Below are positions 7,936 to 15,138 of a stretch of 46,060 bases of DNA, one piece after another. Source of the stretch: a virus; the IMG/VR virus record IMGVR_UViG_3300045988_015321, positions 1 through 46,060 of that record, one strand, 5' to 3'. Below the pieces are notes generated by a model. It did not search any database, was not told where the DNA came from, and saw nothing but the letters and a program-made list of their open reading frames with translations. The translations under genes were made by a program, and so were the position numbers. Position 1 is the first letter of the stretch, and every line of letters starts with the position of its first letter.

Positions 7936-8130
7936 TTATTCATTGCTTTGCAATTTTCTGATTACCTCGCCCTGATTTCCCGGACACCCCATGAAACACT
8001 CCGGGCAATGTTCGTAAAATACGCATCTGATGCAGTCATGTGGACTGATTGAGCTGCAATATTGATGCAGTACTGCGAATGCGGATATAACAAGGTTTGG
8101 CGTTATGTCTGGTGTGAGTTTGTTATTCAT
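7936..8130 (-). CDS. Cys-rich small hypothetical protein
   Basis: 64-aa ORF containing CIRCVFYEHCPECFMGCPG. Confidence 0.55.
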   Translation of the reverse strand: MNNKLTPDITPNLVISAFAVLHQYCSSISPHDCIRCVFYEHCPECFMGCPGNQGEVIRKLQSNE

Positions 8131-8164
8131 TTTTCATCATCTCCAATTTCTTCTCTGATTCATG

Positions 8165-8329
8165 CTAGTTCTCCTCTTCATCATCAATTTCAATAATTTT
8201 TAAGTCTGCAAAATCACAACACATTGCGAATCCGTCAATCATTTTCTTCTTAACTCCAAATACCTCTATCATGTGAGAATTATTTTCCATGATTTTTATT
8301 ATATCTGACTTTTTAACATATTCAGCCAT
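8165..8329 (-). CDS. Small acidic hypothetical ORF (54 aa)
   Basis: Hand-translated as MAEYVKKSDIIKIMENNSHMIEVFGVKKKMIDGFAMCCDFADLKIIEIDDEEEN. SD GGAG is present and the ORF overlaps the upstream stop. Confidence 0.4.
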   Translation of the reverse strand: MAEYVKKSDIIKIMENNSHMIEVFGVKKKMIDGFAMCCDFADLKIIEIDDEEEN

Positions 8330-8774
8330 TCTTCATCTCCTCCAACTTCTTCTCAGCCTCTATATGGGTGAGAAACCATGTTTTTCCGTATTCTATGTCA
8401 ACGCAAATTATATTCGGGGCGTGAATACTGTCTTTATCGCACTGTACGAACCATCCTCTTTGTGAAAATACAATGCTGTAAACTTTTTGATGATACACTC
8501 TGTTATTTGCTTTATATCCATTCAGGACATTTAAATCATAATTTGCTTTGCTCGGAATCTTATAAATATCATCACCGATTTTAACCGGCAATCTCACAAG
8601 CAAGCCCTGTTCTTCTAAGTCTTCGTAAGCTGCAAGCTTTTCAATTGCAGGATATAAATATTCTCCGCTTAATACTTTAACAAGAGGTATTTTATTCTCA
8701 GATTCAAATACCTTTATCCCTGCAATCCCTTTCTTTTCATCATTTAGAACATATCTTTCAGTTAATCTCTCCAT
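8322..8774 (-). CDS. Hypothetical early protein
   Basis: 150-aa ORF packed tightly in the early operon. Confidence 0.6.
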   Translation of the reverse strand: MERLTERYVLNDEKKGIAGIKVFESENKIPLVKVLSGEYLYPAIEKLAAYEDLEEQGLLVRLPVKIGDDIYKIPSKANYDLNVLNGYKANNRVYHQKVYSIVFSQRGWFVQCDKDSIHAPNIICVDIEYGKTWFLTHIEAEKKLEEMKNG

Positions 8775-9047
8775 CTACTTCGCCTCTCCTGCGATCTCAT
8801 CAATACACTGGTTTCGACCATCGATCATCCCGCACTGATAATCCGTCATGTCATTCTCAATAGCGCTCTTCTCCGGCAATGGCTTCAGTGGACACCAATC
8901 AGGGATTGATTCTGCTTCTTTATCGAGCACGCATTTTCCTGTAATCGGGCAAAAGGTGCATGTTTCCAATATATTGCTACAATCTCGACTGATTGAACAA
9001 GATATACAATTCTCTGGTGTATCAATCACTAATACTGATTTGCTCAT
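8775..9047 (-). CDS. Cys-rich hypothetical early protein
   Basis: 90-aa ORF with several CxxC-like pairs. Confidence 0.6.
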   Translation of the reverse strand: MSKSVLVIDTPENCISCSISRDCSNILETCTFCPITGKCVLDKEAESIPDWCPLKPLPEKSAIENDMTDYQCGMIDGRNQCIDEIAGEAK

Positions 9048-9292
9048 TCAACTCCACCACCTTCTAAGATTTTAATAGCATAATCTATAGCTCTGTTCCA
9101 TTCCAAGTCCTCATCATTGGAAACAACACGAAATCTGTCCATAAGCGATTCCGTAACTTTTTCCGCATCAAAAGCTGTCGGCTGTTTATTAATGCAATCA
9201 ATAAACTCTTTCTGGTCAGAACTAATACTTGTGCCAATTTCCCAAATTTTGATGTATTTGATTAATTCGTCTGCATCAATCAGTCTGCTCAT
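9044..9292 (-). CDS. Hypothetical early protein
   Basis: 82-aa ORF with a 4-nt overlap to the next gene. Confidence 0.6.
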   Translation of the reverse strand: MSRLIDADELIKYIKIWEIGTSISSDQKEFIDCINKQPTAFDAEKVTESLMDRFRVVSNDEDLEWNRAIDYAIKILEGGGVE

Positions 9293-9295
9293 ATT

Positions 9296-9676
9296 CTATT
9301 CTCCTAACTGTTTTAAAATTTCTTTTGCAATTTTATTACTTTCCTGCATGGAAACTCCCCATCCATTATATTTTCTGTGGCATTCATCACAGTTCCATTC
9401 ACCATTATCACTTTCTTTAATTTCGCTATTGAATCTGCAATTATCGCAATACATATGATCGAGAGTGCTATAAATGATGCTTGCAATATCGTCTTGTTTG
9501 CTATTAGCATCGTCTACGTGTTTATACCTAGTTGAATATTCAAATGTTCTCAGCTCATTTTTCCCGACCCATTTAATCCATGCACCGCAATCCCCACAAT
9601 ACAATCCTGTATTATTCCCAACTTTCTTGATAAAAAGGTTTTTACTATTGCACTTTGGGCATCTATATTCTTTCAT
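9296..9676 (-). CDS. Zinc-ribbon protein
   Basis: CPKC...CGDC and CDNC...CDEC pairs are present. SD GGAGG lies 7 nt before the ATG at 9676, and there is an ATGA overlap with the upstream gene. Confidence 0.65.
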   Translation of the reverse strand: MKEYRCPKCNSKNLFIKKVGNNTGLYCGDCGAWIKWVGKNELRTFEYSTRYKHVDDANSKQDDIASIIYSTLDHMYCDNCRFNSEIKESDNGEWNCDECHRKYNGWGVSMQESNKIAKEILKQLGE

Positions 9677-9990
9677 CTTTTTTCCTCCCACACTCCCAAT
9701 AACCGCATTCTCTCATACAGTACAGCGACGGTCTTGCGTCTGTATCCGTAGAAGTCTTTCGGGTTCATTGGGATATATCTTTCTTTACTGATTTTCCTGT
9801 AACTTTTCCGGTGCAGGATATTTTCAATAACCATATCCGCTATCACCGTGTTTTTCGGGCAAGCTGACAAGGCAGCACTGGAAAGCAGATATCCGTACTC
9901 TGCCGGAAAGTCTTTCAGCATCGTGTTTAGTTTTTCTATGTCCTCTGCCGGAATACCGTAGTCTTTCAGCTTTTTATTCCTTGTCAGCAT
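9673..9990 (-). CDS. Hypothetical protein (possible DNA-binding regulator)
   Basis: 105-aa ORF with a basic C-terminal helix region (YGYRRKTVAVLYERMRLLG). Confidence 0.55.
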   Translation of the reverse strand: MLTRNKKLKDYGIPAEDIEKLNTMLKDFPAEYGYLLSSAALSACPKNTVIADMVIENILHRKSYRKISKERYIPMNPKDFYGYRRKTVAVLYERMRLLGVWEEKR

Positions 9991-10003
9991 ACCGTTCTCC
10001 TTT

Positions 10004-10105
10004 CTACTTGTCTGGATGGTGTTTGTCGTACATGATTGCTACACATGCAAGACCGGCCACTCCGACTATGATTCCAAGGGTGAATCCTAATAAGAATGTA
10101 ATCAT
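10004..10105 (-). CDS. Very small membrane peptide (33 aa)
   Basis: Hand-translated as MITFLLGFTLGIIVGVAGLACVAIMYDKHHPDK. ATGA overlap with the upstream stop. Confidence 0.35.
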   Translation of the reverse strand: MITFLLGFTLGIIVGVAGLACVAIMYDKHHPDK

Positions 10106-10461
10106 GATTCGTCCTCCCTATAGCGCTCCGGCAATTCCATCCAGGCGTTGACATATAAATCATTACCTAAACAAGATATTAAATCGTCACCGGCGTAAAA
10201 AATGCCGTTGCCATCTTTATCTCTTTCACATCTTCCGATTATTGGGATTGAGTAATTCGCAAAAGAGAGAAGAATATAATCATCTGTTTCTGGTAATCTC
10301 TCACTAACAGGAATCCAACCATTTTCTTTCTCGTCCTGTTCTATATCGTCTTGAAGCTGCTCGATCATATCTTGAATAACTTTGACATATACCCCAGCGT
10401 ATTTGTAGCAGTCCGAATATTTATCCTTGTACTGCTTTAATCTGTCTTTGATATGGCTCAT
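10102..10461 (-). CDS. Hypothetical protein, DUF551-like C-terminus
   Basis: GWIPVSERLPETDDYILLSF resembles DUF551. SD GAGGT lies 6 nt before the ATG at 10461. Confidence 0.55.
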   Translation of the reverse strand: MSHIKDRLKQYKDKYSDCYKYAGVYVKVIQDMIEQLQDDIEQDEKENGWIPVSERLPETDDYILLSFANYSIPIIGRCERDKDGNGIFYAGDDLISCLGNDLYVNAWMELPERYREDES

Positions 10462-10676
10462 ACTTCTACCTCTACAAAACACTTTTCTAAAGTTTCTTTT
10501 GATATTTCAATCCATCTGTTAACATTTACTCCGTCAAGATGAATTTCTCCATCAATTATTTTTTCATTTCCAACTTCATAAATTTCGCCTACCTCAATTT
10601 CCATGTATCCGTCAACGTAAAATCCATCACCATCGTATGTATCTAACGTGAATGCTTTCACGCATTTATACTTCAC
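10458..10676 (-). CDS. Hypothetical protein
   Basis: 72-aa ORF, translationally coupled to its neighbours. Confidence 0.55.
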   Translation of the reverse strand: MKYKCVKAFTLDTYDGDGFYVDGYMEIEVGEIYEVGNEKIIDGEIHLDGVNVNRWIEISKETLEKCFVEVEV

Positions 10677-10978
10677 GCTTCCACCTCCTCATAAGTTTCT
10701 CTGAATATATCTGGTTTACACGGATAAAATTCACCGTGGACACCTCTGATAATATAATCACCAATATTCGCCAGATGTTCGCCCTCAAGTGTCTTAATAA
10801 CCAATCCACCCGGAACCTTCCATTTGTCGATATAGAAGTTATCAGATACAATCGGGAAATCAGATACCATATACTCCTCTGGGCAATTGCCATTTGTCAT
10901 GAAATCGAACATTTCTCGCTTATTTGTACCAGTCCACTGAAGCGCATCAATTATAACTGGCTTCTTTCTGTACTTCAT
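10673..10978 (-). CDS. Hypothetical protein
   Basis: 101-aa ORF with 4-nt overlaps on both sides. Confidence 0.6.
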   Translation of the reverse strand: MKYRKKPVIIDALQWTGTNKREMFDFMTNGNCPEEYMVSDFPIVSDNFYIDKWKVPGGLVIKTLEGEHLANIGDYIIRGVHGEFYPCKPDIFRETYEEVEA

Positions 10979-11337
10979 GCTTCCACGCTCCCGTCTTCTG
11001 GCATCTGAAACAGGATTGATTTTCTTATCTCATTTCCATAGCCTTTTAATACAGCAATTCCATGCGCCACGCTTTCTTTTGTATTATAGCTTCCTGTGTA
11101 TGCTGATCCTGCCAGTCCATTGCTAATAATTTCACCAGATTTGTAATCCATGTATGCTTCCTGAATCATATCCAGTACCTTCATGGCTTTTACTTTGGTG
11201 GAATATCTTCCGACCATGAGCGATCCTGTGCCATCTTCGACATAGATATCCTCACTATCCTTTTCAGGAAATGCTGATACTGTGCAAATATTGTCGAAAT
11301 TTACAATCATTCTTTTATCCTGGCTTCTAATTAACAT
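10975..11337 (-). CDS. Hypothetical protein
   Basis: 120-aa ORF. Confidence 0.6.
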   Translation of the reverse strand: MLIRSQDKRMIVNFDNICTVSAFPEKDSEDIYVEDGTGSLMVGRYSTKVKAMKVLDMIQEAYMDYKSGEIISNGLAGSAYTGSYNTKESVAHGIAVLKGYGNEIRKSILFQMPEDGSVEA

Positions 11338-11348
11338 TTTGCATCCTC

Positions 11349-11636
11349 CTAATATCTGTCAAATTCAATGTTGCTGTCTGAACAGAATTTGTATGCATCT
11401 TCTCTGATTTTCTTAACTTCACGCATGACAACTTCTTTTGTTCTGCTGACAGCTTCGTCAAAATCTTCTGTTTCAAGATCATAGTTATCAATGTTCAGTG
11501 CCTCGCTATTGAGAAATAGCGCATTTCCGCAACCGAAATATTTGTGAATAGTGATTCCTAAAGAATTGTTTTTCAGTGTAAAAACACTCCCGGTTTCGAG
11601 TTTTTCTTCGTACTTAGCATTGCTTTTGAATTTCAT
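11349..11636 (-). CDS. Hypothetical protein
   Basis: 95-aa ORF. Confidence 0.6.
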   Translation of the reverse strand: MKFKSNAKYEEKLETGSVFTLKNNSLGITIHKYFGCGNALFLNSEALNIDNYDLETEDFDEAVSRTKEVVMREVKKIREDAYKFCSDSNIEFDRY

Positions 11637-11678
11637 TTTGTGTCCTCACTTTCCCCATGTAAGCAACTACATGGCTAA

Positions 11679-12041
11679 TCAACAAAACTCCATCTGTCCA
11701 TCATCAATAAACTTCTTTTTCTTCCGGCTTAATGTATCGCCCTGCTGTTTCAATCTATTCACACGAGCTTCCTGGTCAAAGTTTGCCATATAATCATCGT
11801 CAACTTCAGGCGGTACTTTTAGAAAATATTCTTCTGGAAGTGGAAGATTATGTTTCTCACAACAATTTACAATCTCATTTCTGTATGAAAGAATATGATT
11901 TCTTGTTAGATTCATATTACATCCATCTGCCCAAAATGGATCGTTACAGCCATTTTCGTTGATGCGTTCCCAGATAGCACGCTCATATAATAGGCTTTCT
12001 CTTAACAACTCTAATTCCTGTTCCGGTGTTTTCTGCTTCAT
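11679..12041 (-). CDS. Hypothetical protein
   Basis: SD AAGGAG lies 7 nt before the ATG at 12041 (MKQKTPEQELELL...). The longer ORF-track version would overlap the upstream gene. Confidence 0.55.
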   Translation of the reverse strand: MKQKTPEQELELLRESLLYERAIWERINENGCNDPFWADGCNMNLTRNHILSYRNEIVNCCEKHNLPLPEEYFLKVPPEVDDDYMANFDQEARVNRLKQQGDTLSRKKKKFIDDGQMEFC

Positions 12042-12102
12042 CCTCATTCTCCTTTTGCTAATGTAAGCAACTGACACGCTATTGTGCAGTTGGCACATGA
12101 TT

Positions 12103-12993
12103 TTAATACTCAATAAAATCAGATAATTCCATCTGACCAACTACATTGTTGTCTTGCATCCACCATAGATAAACTTCTTCTCCACAACTCCACTTTGTAT
12201 CTTTTCCGCGCAGCTTTCGCTCCTGAAGCATTCTGTCAAAGGAACGAATGTAGGCTTGCTTGTACTTTGGAAAATCATACATTTCCTTTTTCCTCTGCTT
12301 CTTTGATGCAAGTGGACAGCCCAAACAGCCTAACCGATCATATCCGCATTGATACAGCTCACATACCTGAACGTCTTTCTCACCAATGAACTGCCAGATA
12401 TTCTGATCTGTCCAGTCGATTATTGGATTGACTACTGTTTTTGCTTTCATCTGGCAATTTTCAAACAACCTTCTGGTGTTGTCATTGTCGGTGACAAGCA
12501 TTTTCTCATCAGAAACACCGATGCTTTTGTTTGCTGTCTGTCCTAGTACTTCAAATGGGCTTCTGTTGCTTCTCTTACTGCTTTCAGACCATCTAACACC
12601 TGTTGCAATCATTCTGTTGGGATTCCCGCCTTCTTTCAGTTCTGAACAACAATACCGAACGATTCTGGTAGGTGGCATTAACTTTCTGGGGATAAGATTC
12701 CACATTGTAAGACGTTTTCCGTTTTCCTGTACATGATAGTCAATCTCGCATTTGATGCCTTTATCTACCAATTCAGAAAACACATTCTTGATATGTCTTA
12801 CTGTCTGTGGTGCATCAACAGTGGTATGCGAATTATGAACCTCAAACGGGATTCCAGACATTCTGAACAGTCTCAGAAGTACATCCGAATCCTTTCCGCC
12901 AGAATACTCACATACAAGTGGCTTTCCATAATGTTTCAACGAGAGATCAGATGCAAGTCGAATTCTCTCAATTGATTTTTGCTCTAAATCCAT
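12103..12993 (-). CDS. PAPS-reductase / PP-loop ATPase family protein (DndC/IbrA-like) with a C-terminal Cys cluster
   Basis: The PP-loop motif EYSGGKDS is present, and the Cys cluster CELYQCGYDRLGCLGCP suggests Fe-S binding. Confidence 0.85.
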   Translation of the reverse strand: MDLEQKSIERIRLASDLSLKHYGKPLVCEYSGGKDSDVLLRLFRMSGIPFEVHNSHTTVDAPQTVRHIKNVFSELVDKGIKCEIDYHVQENGKRLTMWNLIPRKLMPPTRIVRYCCSELKEGGNPNRMIATGVRWSESSKRSNRSPFEVLGQTANKSIGVSDEKMLVTDNDNTRRLFENCQMKAKTVVNPIIDWTDQNIWQFIGEKDVQVCELYQCGYDRLGCLGCPLASKKQRKKEMYDFPKYKQAYIRSFDRMLQERKLRGKDTKWSCGEEVYLWWMQDNNVVGQMELSDFIEY

Positions 12994-12994
12994 T

Positions 12995-13378
12995 CTATAC
13001 TCCCATCTTCTTGACCAGATTCTTATTCATCTCGTCAAATCTTACATCTGTGTTCTTTTCAATGTCCTGTATCATGTTCAGAACGCTCATTTCACCTCTA
13101 TTTGCCATTTCAACGTACTCATTGGCAGTTCTTATCACATCAAGCAAACGCTTCGTAGAAAAGCCATATAAACGTCTTAGAGCCATCATGGTTGTGACCG
13201 TGTTGATCGTATTGCTCCAATCCTCGCCAACAGCAAAACCATCTTCATAGGCTTTCTGTTCTATGCCTTTAAGCTGGCTCTGACAGTTCTGCATAGCCCG
13301 TCCGAACGCCTGAGCTGCCTGATTAGAAGTCTGAACAGGAAATCTGGTCTTTTTCTTGACTTTTAATTTGCTACTCAT
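12995..13378 (-). CDS. Hypothetical protein
   Basis: 127-aa ORF immediately upstream of the PAPS-reductase-like gene. Confidence 0.6.
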   Translation of the reverse strand: MSSKLKVKKKTRFPVQTSNQAAQAFGRAMQNCQSQLKGIEQKAYEDGFAVGEDWSNTINTVTTMMALRRLYGFSTKRLLDVIRTANEYVEMANRGEMSVLNMIQDIEKNTDVRFDEMNKNLVKKMGV

Positions 13379-13638
13379 TTTTCCTTCACTTTTCTGAACT
13401 TGTATCCTGTCACTCGGTACGCTCGTGGCGTGCCGGGGTTGTCTGTCGCAAGTAAGCCACTTTCCAGTAATTCGCCGAAATGATTCTGCACGGTATGGTT
13501 AGATATGCTCAGACCTGTTGTGATTTCTGGAATGCTTGGCGGATAATTGTGTTCTTTCAAGTATCTTATGATGTACAGATATATGTCTTTCCTTGTCTGG
13601 ATACCCTCATAGTACTTTCTTGCTGTGTTATATGGCAT
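13375..13638 (-). CDS. LexA-N-terminal-like winged-helix DNA-binding protein (no protease domain)
   Basis: IIRYLKEHNYPPSIPEITTGLSISNHTVQNHFGELLESGLL matches the LexA DNA-binding domain pattern. SD AGGAG precedes the ATG at 13638; an alternative start lies at 13656. Confidence 0.65.
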   Translation of the reverse strand: MPYNTARKYYEGIQTRKDIYLYIIRYLKEHNYPPSIPEITTGLSISNHTVQNHFGELLESGLLATDNPGTPRAYRVTGYKFRKVKEK

Positions 13639-13660
13639 TTCTATCACTCCTGTCATGCTT

Positions 13661-14248
13661 TTATATTTCTTCCCATTTGAAGCGGCCCTTACCTGAATTA
13701 CGCCACTGTCCGATGCCTCTCAGTTCTCCATAGTCAAGCCATTCTCTGACTGCTGCTTCATGGCTTTCGCATAAGCACTTGATTGTGAACTCAATCCAAC
13801 TTCCGGCAGGTATTGTCTCACTATTTGCCAGTGCAATTCTTTCACCCTGCGGTGTTTGTCCTCTCAGTGGCCTCTGGCAAGTTCCTATTTCACCTTCAAA
13901 ATGAATTGGAATTTTGCGTTCTTCAACGAAAATTAGACCGTCAATTTCTTTTTTGTAAGCCTTAATTTTTGAAGATTTTGAACCAGTTACCTTTCTCATC
14001 ATTCCACAAGCATCTTTGAAAAAGCCCTTAATCTGGTAATCCCAGTAAATTGGTACACCGTTATCTCTCGGGAATACGGTCATGGATTTCTCAATCACTT
14101 CTTCAATTCCGATTGCTTCAATCTCTTCTTTTCTTGTTGGTGCGTCTGGTGCATTCGAAGCAATAAATGTTTCGTGGATTTCCGGGTCTGCGCTTGCTGT
14201 TCCTAAAATTTCTTCCAAAAATGTCAATCTTACTTTTAATTCTTTCAT
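13661..14248 (-). CDS. Hypothetical protein with a RAMP-like glycine-rich C-terminal loop
   Basis: 195-aa ORF. The C-terminus LRGIGQWRNSGKGRFKW resembles the G-rich loop of Cas6/RAMP proteins, and an IKGFFKDA motif is present. The function is not recognised. Confidence 0.6.
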   Translation of the reverse strand: MKELKVRLTFLEEILGTASADPEIHETFIASNAPDAPTRKEEIEAIGIEEVIEKSMTVFPRDNGVPIYWDYQIKGFFKDACGMMRKVTGSKSSKIKAYKKEIDGLIFVEERKIPIHFEGEIGTCQRPLRGQTPQGERIALANSETIPAGSWIEFTIKCLCESHEAAVREWLDYGELRGIGQWRNSGKGRFKWEEI

Positions 14249-14289
14249 TCTGCTATTCTCCTTGTAATTTTTATAGTTTTCTTACATTG

Positions 14290-14620
14290 CCGTGCTACTC
14301 TCTGCCTTAGCTCATTCCACCACGGTTATTCCCTGCCCAGCGCATCGCCGCCGTTCCTCTGCGGTCCCTTAACTTCTCATTCCGTAGCACATCGTTGCTG
14401 TTCCCCGCCATTTCGTAGCTATTCTTATCTAATCATTACATTTCTACGCCGTAGCTTTTCCGTTCAGCGCCTTTGCCCCGCTTTTCCCATCTTTTCGCTG
14501 CCCAGCTATGCCGTAGCTATGCATATCGTTTCAGAACCTTTCGTAGCAACTCCTTTGCGTTTCCTCACAAGGCTGTGCCTTTGCATTTCAATTCACTTCG
14601 TTGATGCGCTTCTCCATAGC
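14290..14620. repeat. ORF-free, pyrimidine-rich (plus strand) region with degenerate CGTAGC-centred iterons
   Basis: CGTAGC occurs at 14382, 14413, 14449, 14511 and 14541, at spacings of about 30-36 or 62 bp. Variants are cgtgctac at 14290 and catagcac at 14614. TTGCATTTC occurs 3 times (14581, 14643, 14696). Confidence 0.7.
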
Positions 14621-14688
14621 ACATTCAATGCCACTCCACTCCTTGCATTTCCATTGCTGTGCTTATACGACATTCTTTTCCATGTTTC

Positions 14689-14916
14689 TTATATTTTGCA
14701 TTTCCCTGTTGACACATCCTCAGCCCATTTGTAAAAGGCCAAAGACAGATACCTTGCCAAACTGTCTGGATAGATTTCATATAAATCCTCGATTTTTTTA
14801 TGTAATGCATCAAAATATTCATCATTATTTTTAACATCGTAAAATTCTTTTATCGCCTTCCAGAACTCTGGCATGAACTTATGCATGATCGGAATATCTT
14901 TAGCTTCTACTTTCAT
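14689..14916 (-). CDS. Hypothetical protein between the two iteron arrays
   Basis: 75-aa ORF. Confidence 0.55.
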   Translation of the reverse strand: MKVEAKDIPIMHKFMPEFWKAIKEFYDVKNNDEYFDALHKKIEDLYEIYPDSLARYLSLAFYKWAEDVSTGKCKI

Positions 14917-14934
14917 TATTCACCTTCTTTATGA

Positions 14935-15120
14935 GTAACCGTCAGTAACCGAAACGTAACCGTTCAAAAATCCGCAAACCCTTGATTTTACTGGCAGGTA
15001 ACCGAGTAACCGAGTAACCCTGAATTTCTCATATATGGAAACTTTTATACTCAATATGTGCATATAAATACTCAAATATATATATGCAGAATCAAAGGTT
15101 ACCTAGGTTACCCGGTTACC
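14935..15120. repeat. Candidate replication origin: GTAACC iterons flanking an AT-rich segment
   Basis: Six direct GTAACC copies (14935, 14945, 14956, 14998, 15006, 15014) and three inverted GGTTAC copies (15097, 15106, 15114) bracket a ~75-bp AT-rich stretch. The array lies directly downstream of the helicase gene. Confidence 0.75.
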
Positions 15121-15138
15121 TTTTGAACGAATTGTTTG

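Noticed and set aside
14290-14620. Whether the periodic CGTAGC repeats could be a CRISPR-like mini-array.
   Set aside because: The conserved unit is only ~7-13 nt and is degenerate. There are no 23-nt or longer identical repeats, no uniform spacers and no cas genes. I treated it as iterons or a repetitive RNA instead.
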